This document shows, one piece after another, positions 1-11,660 of a DNA stretch of 64,000 nucleotides (its first letter is position 1; the number at the start of each line of letters is the position of its first letter). Source of the DNA: Vicugna vicugna (lineage: Eukaryota); NCBI GenBank assembly GCA_013265495.1, contig MU061892.1:1095165-1159164 (forward strand), given 5' to 3'. The translations under genes were made by a program, and so were the position numbers. The notes under the pieces are model-generated. The model ran no database searches and was not told where the DNA came from. It saw only the letters and a list, made by a program, of their open reading frames with translations.

Positions 1-559
1 GTTGTGGAGGAAATGACCAGCCCAAATCCTGGCCTGTCATGTGTATCCTTCCTTCTCACCCACACCCCCACCTCCAGCTCCTCGATGCAGGCAGCCACCG
101 TGGCCTTGGCAGACCCTGGCTTGATCCCAGCGGCCCTTCCTGCGATGATTGACATGCACAAAGCTCACACATACCTTGCTACAAATGTGGCCCACACACT
201 CCATCATCAAGATCATCTCACAGTGCCTAGATCAGTCCTGTGGAAGTCTGGCCACGGGCTTCAGGCCATTTTGATTTTAGACGATTCCAGTGGAGCACAG
301 AGGTTTTCAACTATTGCTCCTGAACAGTGTTCTGCCACAGATTCAGGGATTTGTTACCTTGACACTCTTATTGTCATTACTATCGTCCCAGAGCCTAGTC
401 CTTTGAATTTCTTTCTGTTAAGGATTCATTTGGCAAATTCAAAGTAACTGTTTACTGGGCAGAGAATAAGAGCTTAACAGACCCGACCTGTAATATTAGC
501 ACATTTCCTGGTCTCAAAATCCCCATTATAAAGTAGAAAGGAATCTTAGAGATCATCAT

Positions 560-721
560 GCTTAAGGGGTCCTTAGGGGGGTTTCAGGATGGGTGCCAGC
601 ATTTTGAAATTCTATGTAAATTTTGTGTATGTGTGCAGAAGCACACGTGCATTTCCTTAAGGAGAAGGTCTGTAACTTATCCAAATCTCAAAGGTGTTCT
701 TGATTCACAAAAGAAACACTG
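560..721 (+). mobile_element. hAT-Charlie-type MITE remnant inside a MIR-like fragment (LMOD2 intron 1)
   Basis: Ends in ...GAAACACTG terminal-repeat-like motif; similar to the inverted copy at 40935-41091 (shared AAATTCTATG-AAATTTTG-GT...TCAAA core). Confidence 0.45.
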
Positions 722-986
722 GATCCAGATCCTTCCACGGTCAGATGTGAAAGAGAACCTTGCAGAACTGACTACCTGTTCAAGGTCTTAACAACTTAGG
801 CACAGAGTAGACACTAGGAATAGGGTCCCCGGACTCTCAGTTCCGTATACTTCCCACCACCTCACACGTCCTGATGTTGGGGGAAAAAACAACTATTTCT
901 GCTATGGCCACCATCACAGTCCAAACAACCAGAGTACCCACTTTTGTCCTTATAGGAGAAGAGAAATTCACTTAACTGCCATATAC

Positions 987-987
<1 letters not shown>

Positions 988-1034
<47 letters not shown>

Positions 1035-1046
1035 TATATATATATA
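988..1046. repeat. Compound microsatellite (TG)18 followed by interrupted (TA)n
   Basis: Direct read. Confidence 0.97.
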
Positions 1047-1408
1047 AATCATATATAAATCAGGAACAGACATTATGCCACATCCTCAACTTATAACTCA
1101 AATTAGACTTATGTTTGGCAGAATATCTAAACCTATGCTTTGCTTGCAAATTATCTGCCTCTTGAAGATCTCATCTTTGTCATCCACAGGACCCCAGCTA
1201 AGAATTTTACATATAATCCATTGGGTGGCCATAAAAGTTAGATGACTATTTCAGCCTGAGAAAATTTTCAATAGCAGGTACAAATGGGTTATAAGAAAAG
1301 AAAAGTGATGAGAACTGAAAAGTTAGAGGAAAAAACAGATTCCTGGGTTTGGGATGGGGGATGGGAGTAGGTGGGGTGGGGTGGGGGGGCATCCAAGAGC
1401 CTACCTAC

Positions 1409-1681
1409 CTTTCCACACTCCCCCAGCCTCTCCTTCTCCAAGAGTTTTTGGGACTCCTTTTCCCAATAGGCCATCAGTGCCTCTCTGCTGAATGTCCCTG
1501 TGGGGGTTTTTTCAGTCAGACTCTTTTGCCTCATCCCCACGGGAAGACTGCGATCAGGTTCAATGTCTTCCAGCTCCCTCTCGAGCTCCTTGAGCTCCTC
1601 GGCCGACAGGGAAGCGAGGAGCTCGTCCTCGTCGATGGATTCATATTTGCTAAGTCCTCTCCTGTAGCCGAAGGTAGACAT
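1409..1681 (-). CDS. LMOD2: Leiomodin-2 coding exon 1 (residues 1-91; tropomyosin-binding N-terminus); gene continues beyond the left edge
   Basis: Translates [43 protein letters not shown]...[10 protein letters not shown], the recognisable LMOD2 N-terminus. 273 nt, phase 0, ending at donor AAG|GTAGGT (1408). Confidence 0.97.
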
Positions 1682-1787
1682 GGTCCCGCTTTGTCAGCCC
1701 CAAAAGAAACTCGAAGAACCAGGCATTCAAGGCAGCCAGCAGCAGGCAGGGAGGGAAGTGGGCAGGCTGGTCAGCAACTGGTGCTTG
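1682..1787 (-). other. LMOD2: Likely LMOD2 5' UTR (partial, cut by gap)
   Basis: Sequence directly upstream of the ATG, pyrimidine-rich on the sense strand; TSS not visible because of the N run. Confidence 0.55.
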
Positions 1788-1942
1788 NNNNNNNNNNNNN
1801 NNNNNNNNNNNNNNNNNNNNNNNNNNNNNNNNNNNNNNNNNNNNNNNNNNNNNNNNNNNNNNNNNNNNNNNNNNNNNNNNNNNNNNNNNNNNNNNNNNNN
1901 NNNNNNNNNNNNNNNNNNNNNNNNNNNNNNNNNNNNNNNNNN
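1788..1942. other. Assembly gap (about 155 N)
   Basis: N run. Confidence 0.97.
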
Positions 1943-2110
1943 GGATTATGAACACACTGGCCAGGGACATATTTAGCTGAGCCTGATAATTGCTCATGAG
2001 GACAGGGAGAGAGTGCTTCAGATAGGGGGTAAGACAGTTCTGACTTTGTATTCAAACAACCGAGGAATAAAATTTATTCTGAAAATGACTTGCTCCCACC
2101 CCGACAGTCA
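1943..2110 (-). promoter_or_regulatory. Probable LMOD2 proximal promoter with two GATA motifs
   Basis: Non-repetitive DNA immediately upstream of exon 1; TGATAA at 1984-1989 and AGATAG at 2020-2025. Position-based inference only. Confidence 0.4.
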
Positions 2111-2489
2111 TGAAAAGATTCTTTCATTCTCATCTTTCAGGATGAGGGACGAGTACATATGAGTCTAGTTATTCTGGTTCTCCTAAAAACATACCGTGGG
2201 TGGCATATGATGGGAACTGAAGGCTACAATAATATAGAGCCCTTTTCTATTTTCATTGTGTTTTGCAGTTTACAAAGCACTTTAATGTAATTTTTCTGAT
2301 CATTAGTCTTGTGAGATGACTAACATTAGCCTCCTTTACAGATTCTGGCAGTCCAGGTTCTGAGAAATTAAGTGAAAAAACTGAAGCGCAGAAGGAGCTT
2401 TCTCCACTTCACAAAATGGCTTTCTTCCCCTCACCCTCTGAGTATTAGTAAACAACTAGATTTGGAAATAAAACTCCAGAAAGGTAAGT

Positions 2490-2695
2490 AATAATACTGG
2501 GTAGGATTTATTAAGAACTGACACTGTGCCAGCCTAGTGCTAAGCACTTTATACCTTTTATATCGTTTAATCCCACAGTCCTGTAAGGTGTATATTTTGC
2601 TAGTGCAGATTCAGAGAGGTTAAGTCACTAGCCCAGGACCACACAGCTAAGAAGTGGTGGAGCTAGAATTTGAACCCAGATTTGTGTCTGGGCTG
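2490..2695 (-). mobile_element. MIR SINE
   Basis: GAGAGGTTAAGTCACTAGCCCAGGACCACACAGCTAAG...GAATTTGAACCCAG is the reverse complement of the MIR core. Confidence 0.8.
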
Positions 2696-3375
2696 GAAAC
2701 TGAAGAGACGCTAACTTGAAATAACATATTATGCCCATATTTTTATGAATGTGATAAAATGTGTACATAGTTTACAGGATTTGTTAAGTATGTCATTTTA
2801 GCATAGAGATATATAAAAATCTGCTAACGTAATTTATATTTGCTTAGAAATATACATTTATCAGTACAAGTATAATATATGATACATTCAGCAGTTGGTA
2901 AATATTTGGGCTGTTCCCAGGTTTGGGTAATTATGAATAATGCTGCTATGAACCTTTACCTGCAAGTCTTTGTGTAACAATGTGTTTTCATTTCTCTTGG
3001 GTAGACATGCAGTAGTGGAATTGCTGAATTGTGGGGTAACTTTATATTTAACTTTTCACCAAACTGCCTGTTTTCCAATGTGGCTGCACCAGTTTGCTCT
3101 CCCACCAGCAATGATCAGAGCTCCAGGTTCTCCACATCCTAAATGCTCATCTTTCTGATTATCACTATGTTAGTGGGTGTGAACTAGTATCTATTATAGC
3201 ATTAAATATTATTCCTCTAATAACTAATGATATTGAACATCATTTCATGTGATTATTAACCATCTTATGTCTATTTTGATAAAATACTTATTCATATCTT
3301 ATGGTCACTTTTAAATTGAGTTGTAAGAGTTCTTTTAATATTCTGGATTTCATCAGATATAAGATTTGCAGATAT

Positions 3376-3517
3376 AGTAACCTATAATGAAAAGGAATAT
3401 ATGGATGTTTCAGTCATGTGGATGACTGAAACATTATGCTGTACACCAGAAATTGACACAACATTGTAAACTGACTACACTTCAATAAAATAAATAAAAT
3501 TTTTCCTTAAACATTTT
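3376..3517 (+). mobile_element. Short 5'-truncated young L1 3' end with 11-bp TSD
   Basis: ...GCTGTACACCAGAAATTGACACAACATTGTAAACTGACTACACTTCAATAAAA; TTTGCAGATAT duplicated at 3365-3375 and 3518-3528. Confidence 0.8.
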
Positions 3518-4059
3518 TTTGCAGATATTTTCTCCTATTCTGTGAATTGTCTGTTGGTGTCTTTTGAAAAGTGAAAGTATTCAATTTTGATGAAGTCCAG
3601 TTTATCAATTTTTTTCTTCTATTGCTTAAGCTTTTGGCATTATAACTAAGAAATCTTTTCCTAAACCAAGGTCTAAGAGAATTACTCTTAGGTTTTCTTC
3701 TAAGAGTTTTACAGCTTTTGTTTTTTATATTTAGGTCCATTACACATTTTGACTTAATGTTTGCATATGTATAAGATAAAGGTCTAAATTTTTTTAGTAT
3801 ACAGATGTCCAATTTTCTTAGTATCTTTAAAAAAAAAAAAGACTATGCCTTCTCCTATTGATTTGTACTGGTGACTTTGTGGAAAAGTAACTGGCCATAA
3901 ATGTAAGAGTTTATTTCTGGATAGTCAATTTTCTTGCATGGATCTGTGTGTCTATTTTCTTATGACAGTATCATCTAGTCTTAATTACCATAGCTTTGTA
4001 GTAAATACTGAAATCAGGAAGCGTAAATCCTTCAACTTTTTTCTTTTCCAAGAATGTTT

Positions 4060-4321
4060 AGCTAACAAGGATCTATCGTCTAGCATGGGGAAGTATATGC
4101 AATATCTTGTAANNNNNNNNNNNNNNNNNNNNNNNNNNNNNNNNNNNNNNNNNNNNNNNNNNNNNNNNNNNNNNNNNNNNNNNNNNNNNNNNNNNNNNNN
4201 NNNNNNNNNNNNNNNNNNNNNNNNNNNNNNNNNNNNNNNNNNNNNNNNNNNNNNNNNNNNNNACACCTGAAACATTGTAAATCAACTATACTTCAGTTTA
4301 AACAAAATTAATTTAAATAAG
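4060..4321 (+). mobile_element. Young L1 3' end spanning a gap (4113-4262), 9-bp TSD
   Basis: AACAAGGATCT...CAATATCTTGTAA[N]ACACCTGAAACATTGTAAATCAACTATACTTCA; AGAATGTTT at 4051-4059 and 4322-4330. Confidence 0.75.
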
Positions 4322-5189
4322 AGAATGTTTTGGCGATTATGATCTTAACTCATGGTATTCTGCCTCCCAAAATAGCTATGACTCTTTTCAATGATACTAA
4401 TGAGAGAGATGATTATGATATTAGGAATGATGAGTTCATTGTTTTTTTATGGCCTCTAGCATATACCTTTGTGTAACCTTAGTGGTAACACATTTTTTAT
4501 GTGAAAATAGGTTGGATTTTTGAAAATGACATCACATGATTATATCCAAATTCGATGAGTAAGATGAATTATTCAGCTGAATATTGACATTTCAGGTTTT
4601 AAAAGATGAATGATAATGACAACTATATAAAAACCTATGTGTTTTTGAAAAAGAGATAAAAAAACATGTAAAAGATAGTGCTAGTCCCTTTCTTCAACAA
4701 TTATATATTGGGCGCATATGATACATTGACCACTGTACAAAGTTTGAGGTATATAATTATGTACAAAAAATAGTGAAGGTGTGTTTTATTCTCTTTCTCA
4801 TGTTTGTCATTTTTCTGTAACATTTTAATATTATTTTTATTTGACAACTTGTTAAACACACACGACCTGTCAGATTCTAGTTTAAGTGCTGGAGTTAGAG
4901 CAGTGAAGGAAGCCAACCACGTCCCTTCCTTCGTGGAGCTCACAATGTTGTTGCGGGGACAGACAACATGTAAATAAACAAGTAAATATAGAACATATCA
5001 GACAGAAGCTCAAAGAGAGAAACAGACCAGGGTCAAAGGGAAGAAAGCGGATTGTGAGGGCAATACTTCATGTAGGGAAGATCTCTGGTTTAATAAGGTG
5101 ACATTTGCGCACAGACCGGAGAAGTAAAGGCTTGATGCAAATTATAATACACAATTAATGTGAGTATAAAATAATTACCCAGATATTAT

Positions 5190-5390
5190 CAGAATCACAG
5201 ATTCTCAGCTTGCAAAGGGACTTTGAAATATATCCATCCTCTATCACGTCTCTAAGTGGTCATCTAGTGTTTGCTTGAACACTTTCAGTGAAAATTGTAG
5301 ATTGCCAAAAACTCATTCTACTGTTGGATGGCTGAAATCATTAGAAAATTCTTGTTTCTATTGTGTTGAAACTGATCCCCTGAAAAAAAT
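5190..5390 (-). mobile_element. L3/CR1 3' fragment
   Basis: CAGAATCACAGATTCTCAG...GTGGTCATCTAGTGTTTGCTTGAACAC...ATTAGAAAATTCTT resembles the reverse-complemented L3 3' end. Confidence 0.5.
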
Positions 5391-6709
5391 CGCTTTCCAT
5401 ATATTTTAGTTTTCTCACTGGAATAACCCAGAATAAATACAGTCTCATGTGAGTTTGTTCTCCCAAATCTTGGGTGGCCCATGAATGACTCTGAAAATAA
5501 CTCTGGAAGAGGAGATGTTAAAGTGTTTTGCTCTGTGGCAGCAACACTGAAAGAAAAAAACTACAGCCTCTCAAGGACATTAGCTTAAGAGGAATGGTCA
5601 TTCAGATATCCTAGTATATAGGTTAAAAATCACTCTGATTACGATAATAGTCACAACTCATGGGTGCCCTTAATTCATTGGCTCCCTCTTTAAGTTTTCT
5701 CCACAGACTTTAAATCCACTGGATAATATTCTGCTGAGTAATTAAACATCACCACCTGACACTGACCAGGAAATCTAAGTATGATTTAGATTTCCTTGCA
5801 ACCTTGTCTACATCGAGGGAAAAAAAATCCAATCATATGTGTTCTGAGCATCAACATTTTCTATTTGGGGATTTTCACTTGATCAGATTGTGTTTTTGAG
5901 TGGAATTGCTTTTACAGTCAACAATACTATTGTGCTACTAACAAGCCTTCTGAAGATTCACATTTTCTCTTAAAAAAAAAATCTCCATCTTGAAGAGAAT
6001 TATGTTCAGGCTTCTTGGTTGTCAGTCAGATGCACGCTGTTTCCCAGGACATCGGCAATTCCCTTTTTAGTGAAAAACAAGTTTTCTTTCAATCTTCTTT
6101 GTTTTTTTTCCTTTGGTTCCCTCTTGAAAATGCTATTATGTGTTTCTTTCTTCAACACTCATTTACCAAATACCTGGTGTGTGTACAGTTCCTGTGCTGG
6201 AAGCTGGGATTACAAGCAGAAAAATAGAAATTGATCTAGTCCCTGCCCTCAGGAGCTCCTACTCCTGGGACAGAGGCAGACAGCTGACAGTAACAAAGTG
6301 CAGTGGCGGCTCCGCCAAGGTGCCAACAAGAGCAGAGAAGTGGAATAAATATAGATGAAAAAGCAACGCAGCCCACGTGGGTAGAGTTGGAGAAGACACA
6401 GAAGCCATAAAGGTTCAGGCAGAGAAAGCAGCCTCTGAGTAAATGCACAAGAATATGAAAATAAACACATAAACAAAAATCCAGGCACTACTTGGCATAC
6501 AGAGGGGGAGTAGGTGGAGCTAGGCAGAAACTGGCCCTGGTTCTTACCTCCCCTCCAACTCCTTTTTTTTTTTTTTTACCCTGCATATGGTAGATGCATA
6601 GCGATGTGGACTATTTACTTGAAGGGCCATGTTAAGGAATTTTGGACTTTATCATCTGATGCTAAGTAGAAGTCTCTAACGTTATCCCATAGCCACAATT
6701 TACTTTCTT

Positions 6710-6914
6710 TTTTTTAACTAAAGTACTACGTTGTGTTAATTTCCAGTGTACAACATAGTGATTCAGTTATACGTACATATATATGTTCCTTTTCATATTC
6801 TTTTTCATTATAGGCTATTACAAAGCATTGAATATAGTTCCCTGTGCTATACAGTAGGGTCTTGTTTATCTATTTTATATATAGTAGTCAGTATCTGCAA
6901 ATCCAGAACTTCCA
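6710..6914 (-). mobile_element. Young L1 3' end, degraded 16-bp TSD
   Basis: T-tail then GTGTACAACATAGTGATTCAGTTATAC...ATAGTTCCCTGTGCTATACAGTAGG; CACAATTTACTTTCTT (6694-6709) vs CACAGTTTATCTTCTT (6915-6930), 13/16 identical. Confidence 0.8.
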
Positions 6915-7699
6915 CACAGTTTATCTTCTTAAATACAGGCAACAATATTTAAGTATTTATCCCAGCAAGTGTCCCGGTGTTAATGGAGACCCAAGAAGAG
7001 CAAAAGCCATCAGCACCTCCCAAAATCGGCAGTACTAGCCCTGCCATCAGATCTGGTATTTCAATAAGTAGTATATACAGGCAGTGATCAGAGACATCCT
7101 AACTCCACTTGTAAATAATAACTACTTCAGCCTAAAGCTTGATATGCAGAAGACTCTCTCTGCCTACAGGTGAGTTTCTTAGCTTGTAGTTTATGTACTC
7201 TTGGCTCTTAATGTTCAGAAATGTTGAGAGGTTTTTACCAATTGTTCCTTTGTTTTCTTTAGTAACCCCCACATTTCAGGAAGAATTTCATAGTTTCAGG
7301 AATTGTTCATATTTCAAAATATTTGTATAGGCATTTCTTATTTATAACTGCAAAGCTGAATTAAATGAATGTATTATATGAGTATATTTAATAACATTTT
7401 CATTTACCCCGGTTCCTCAGCTTTATTCTGCCATAAGCACTTGTCACTCACAGATTTAATCTGCGTAGTTTCAGTGATTTGAAAGGAACCTCAAAGGGCC
7501 AAGGTTTCCAGTGACATGTAATATTACTGAGCTACAATTTGTATCCTTAAACTGAAGAATGTTTTGTGAAACTATTGAGAAAAACTTCATCAGAGGATCT
7601 CACTGGTACCAAAAACTCAAACTTGCTCCAAAGCAGTAACTTGGTTTCCTCTTTCCGCCTCCCCCAGCCCGCAGTTTTCACATTTCTGAAAACAGTGTC

Positions 7700-8270
7700 C
7701 TCATCCACCCAGCTGTGGAGCCAGTTCCTTCTCTCACCAACACTGTCACGTTAAGTCCCAAGGTCTTGAATCCTGCTTCTTGTCAGACCATCCCCCCTGG
7801 TCTCAACTTGAGTCTCACCTCCGGTTCTTGTTTTCTTTGATGACTGACATCTTCCCCTTTGTCACAATACAGCCACAGTTAATTTTTTGAACACACAAAT
7901 CTCATCGGGTTATTCTCTGCCTAAAACCCTCACATGGCATCCGTGTTCTTCAGGCAGAATCTTTCACTGTGCCCTCTGGCCCCTCCAGGGTCAGGCGCTG
8001 CTCACCTCTGAAGCCGCAACGTGGATCACTTCCTCCAACCCTCACCCTCAGCCGCACTGGGCTTCTCACACCCACACTGGCCCCCTCCCTCCCCCCAAGC
8101 CACTGCGCATGCGCTGCGGTACCTCTGCTGCTTCCGTCTTCTCAGGTGCTCCACTGATGCTCCAGGTCAGTTTAGTTCTCCCGGATCCCACAAACCTCCA
8201 TTCACGAAGCATCCCACTTGGGATTGCTTGGCTTGAATTTGTCTTCACAGGAAAGGCATTTTTTCCAAAG
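7700..8270 (+). mobile_element. L2 fragment
   Basis: CTCTGCCTAAAACCCTCACATGGC... typical L2 3' region. Confidence 0.6.
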
Positions 8271-8429
8271 GAAGGGGCCCTGTCTGTCCATTCGCCGTCC
8301 CCAAGTCCTAGCTTAACTACCGGGTGTCCAGGAAGTCTGTTTAAAAAAAAAAATAAAAAATAAAAAAACACAGGATGATTTGCAGTGCAGGCACGGGTAG
8401 ATCTAGGCCTCATAAAGCCTGGAGATTTT

Positions 8430-8531
8430 ACAGTGTTGGGGAGCGTCTTTAAGAATAATAATATAGAGTCACTATTCTGTACACCAGAAAGTAACACACT
8501 GTGAATAGACTATACTTCAATTAAAAAAAAA
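8430..8531 (+). mobile_element. Very short L1 3' terminus with A tail
   Basis: GAGTCACTATTCTGTACACCAGAAAGTAACACACTGTGAATAGACTATACTTCAATT(A)n matches the other L1 3' ends in the window. Confidence 0.65.
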
Positions 8532-9682
8532 AGAATCATAAAAAATTATAAGTACGAAATTAGTTATGAGATTGTATTCAAAACAATAATAAAATCACGA
8601 TAAACCACTAGGTCTTAGGTGGTTTGAACTTTCTACTGAAGCAGCTTACCAGAAATGCTTATAGAGAAATGCTACCTAATTGTAACCCGGCTTCCCAGCT
8701 CCCTGCTGCACCCCACTCCTCCTGGGACCCCCAACACTCACAGGGGTCCGGAAGATCCTGCTTCATGACTTCTGCCTCTGAGTGTGGCCCCCAAACTAAC
8801 GAATTTGCCCTACTAGTCACTACGTGTTCATATCTCATGATGACATTTTTGTTCATTTCGTGTATACCTTTCTGTTTTAAACTGTCCTCAATTTGTTGCT
8901 GAGGAAACATGAAAATCATATGCCCTAGTGTCAAGTGCAAAATTGGGAAACTGGAAATTCTTTCATTTTCGCAAATTTCAAGTGTCTATCTACTGTTAAC
9001 AAGTTATTCCTAACTTTCGCCTTCCCTCTACCCTTGCTTTTTTTTTTTTTAACCTGTTTCCCATGCACACAGAAGGATTTGGGTTTTCAACGTTTCCTGC
9101 TGGCGGCTGGTTATCAGGCTGTTGACTAATGGAATGACCCCTAAGGAAGCTAAGCTTCCAACTTCACTCAGTCTGTCTGAGGGAGCTTCTCAGGTAGCTG
9201 GAGACGGGCTCTCGGGGGAATGTCAGGCAAAGGTCAGGCTATGCATGAACAACAAGCAAACAGGCCACAGGGATCAGATGAGAACTGGCAATCCCCTTAT
9301 CAAGTCTTCTCTCTCAGGCTTGGCAGCCAAGCAAATCTCCCAGCTATGCCAGCCTGTGGTTGTGAGCATGAGTCAAATTTAAAATTATTGGAGCTATTTA
9401 TAAAAATAAAATCTTGCCATTGTATAAGGTTTATAGTTTACAAAATGCTCTTACGTACAATGTGCCAGGCAGTCTAACGTAGTAATACGATCTCCATTTA
9501 ATACTTGTGTGTAGCTGCCACCTACTGCGTATGAGGCAACCCTTAATGAAATAGATACTATGACTTCCATTTTGCAAAGGGTGAAAATGGGTTCTGAGGT
9601 TCTGAGAGGTTAAAAAGTCTCCTTAGGTATACCTAGCTGAGAAGTGATAATTAGAGTTATGTTCTCTAGGTCCAAGCTGCTT

Positions 9683-9769
9683 TTTTTTCCTGATAGAAGT
9701 ACTGGGGATTGAACCCAGGACCTTGTGCATACTGGGCATGCATTCTACCACTGAGCTATCCCCCCTCCA
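9683..9769 (-). mobile_element. tRNA-derived SINE (camelid Vic-1-like)
   Basis: GTACTGGGGATTGAACCCAGGACC...CTACCACTGAGCTAT (B and A boxes reversed); flanks CCAAGCTGCTT/CCAACCTTCTT, 9/11 identical. Confidence 0.85.
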
Positions 9770-11204
9770 CCAACCTTCTTCTCATACTGAGATTTTCTAG
9801 TTTGTCCTTTCAAAACATACCAAAGTAAAAGAGAGGTGGGATGAAAGAAAATTTTATTAGAGCATCTATTGCTTTGCCTTGTGTGGAGTAGTTTTAGTTA
9901 TCCTTTACTGAACTAAATCAAACATGTGAAAATGAGCCCCATGCAAGAAAATGGAAAGATAAACTGATAATGTTAAAATTGTAAAGCCAAAAGAGTGATT
10001 TCCAGGAAAAATTCAAAAGTGAGGAAAGAATAGCTGAATTTCATTCATCTGGCCTTCCGTCTCATACGGCAGATCATAAATATGGAATTCCACTTACAAA
10101 ACAGGGAGCAGATTTGGTATAGATCATATGAAGTCCTAATAAAGGGAATTTTACTTGGGTGAGCTCGAGGGGCTGAGGCTTTTGTTCATTTCAGCAATTA
10201 GTTTAGTTGTAACCCCAAGTGTTGATATTCCGACTGTGCACAGATTTGCTCACTGTGGTCCTAGGAAGAATCATGCGGAGGGTCAGCACCCAAGAAGTGG
10301 ATCTTTTCCCTGGGAGGGGTCCCTCCTTGGGTTTATGACAACTGTCACTTGAGAAAACTCCTGTCCTGAAGGAAAGTGGTAACTGGAAGGGCTGAACAGC
10401 TGAGATCCTGCAGTGAAGAGGGGCTAGAAAGGTAAATTCAGTGCCAAAGGCCAGGAACATGGGGACTCGGTGTGCCCAGTGATGGAACAGTCAGTGCTGG
10501 AGAGCTGGTGTCTGGTTACTGAGCTTTTTCACTGGCAAATTTATCCGGAAAATTGAAGGCCCTGGAGTTCCTCCCTGACCTTTCCTTCTATAGTTCCCCT
10601 GTGTTCTGGAGATTCACAGCTTTTTGAAAATTTGACTCTCTGATTTCCCCTGGAATGCCGTCCTTCCCCACCCACCCTGCCCCAGGTTTCTCCTGGTTCT
10701 CCTCTCCACTGCACCCCCAGGGAATCAGAGCTGGGTTTCAAGGGTGTGACAAGGGTCCCATCTCACAGTAACTTGATTCCTCATCAGTGTATGCTCTCAG
10801 TAGGATAGGAAAGCTTCATTTTTAGCTCTCCAATCTGTGTGTTTCTGTGTGTTTTGTAAATAATAATCATAATAACAATAATCATAATAATAAAAGTTGG
10901 GCACGTCATATTGCAGCCAGCATGAAAATGGCAGAGGTTGGCAGAGCTGGCTGCGATTGTCTGGGTTTGGGGGCCGGTGAGATTGGTGAAGGCAGCAGGC
11001 ACGGTGCTGCCCTTGAACGCTATGTCACCATCTGCTTGTAATTGGTCTTATCGGCAGAACAAAACCACTAAATCATGTGCTGCCGGCACCGGGACCAAGC
11101 GCTTCCCTCTGAGCCAGATGATTCCTTTGTTGAGCCGGGCTGCCTCAGTGAGCTTGTAACCATGCGGCCAACTGTCAGCAAGAGATACACTCCTCCTGCT
11201 CTTT

Positions 11205-11660
11205 TTTTTTTTAAGGGATTTAGTCAGATGTAATTCACATTCCGTAAAATTCAACTCAACTTGAAGTGTCAAGTTCAATGATCCTTTCCTTAAATGTACC
11301 AAATTGTGCAACCATCCCCATAATCCAATTTTAGAACGCTTCTAGTATCTCAGAAAGATCCCTGTGCCCATTTGCCTTCAAGCTTTGTTCCCACCGCCTA
11401 CCAAGCCCCAGGCAACCAACCACTCATCTGTTTTCTGTCTGTGTAGTAGCCTTGTCTGGGTGTTTTATATAAATGGACTCATGTAGTAGTGTTCCTTTCT
11501 GTCTGTCTTCTTCCACTTAACATAATGCTTTGGAGATCCATCCATGTTGTACCATGTTGCCAAATAGTATTCCATGGTGAACATGGGCCATATTGTGTTT
11601 ATCCATTCACCACTTGGTGAACATTTGAATTGTTCCCACTTTGGGGCTATTCAGCATGAT
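11205..11660 (-). mobile_element. L1MB/MC-type 3' UTR fragment
   Basis: T tail then TAATTCACATTCCGTAAAATTC...TTGTGCAACCATC...TATAAATGGACTCAT. Confidence 0.75.

Larger units (their letters stand above)
2700..4350 (-). mobile_element. Old L1 (L1M-type) ORF2 3' end/3' UTR, interrupted by two younger L1 3'-end insertions
   Basis: Minus ORF 3507-3812 (YTYANIKSKCVMDLNIK...KLINWTSSKL) resembles the L1 ORF2p C-terminus; typical antisense L1 text such as ATTATGAATAATGCTGCTATGAAC. Confidence 0.85.

Noticed and set aside
4-447. 147-aa plus-strand ORF
   Set aside because: Lies in LMOD2 intron 1 on the antisense strand; no recognisable domain or splice context.
1349-1951. 200-aa plus-strand ORF
   Set aside because: Antisense shadow of LMOD2 exon 1, extended artificially through the N gap.
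7887-8497. Overlapping 158-aa and 143-aa ORFs
   Set aside because: Fall in an L2 remnant and A tails; low-complexity translation with no homology recognised.
10270-10780. Possible LTR remnant
   Set aside because: GC-richer LTR-like texture, but I could not identify both termini, a TSD or a family.
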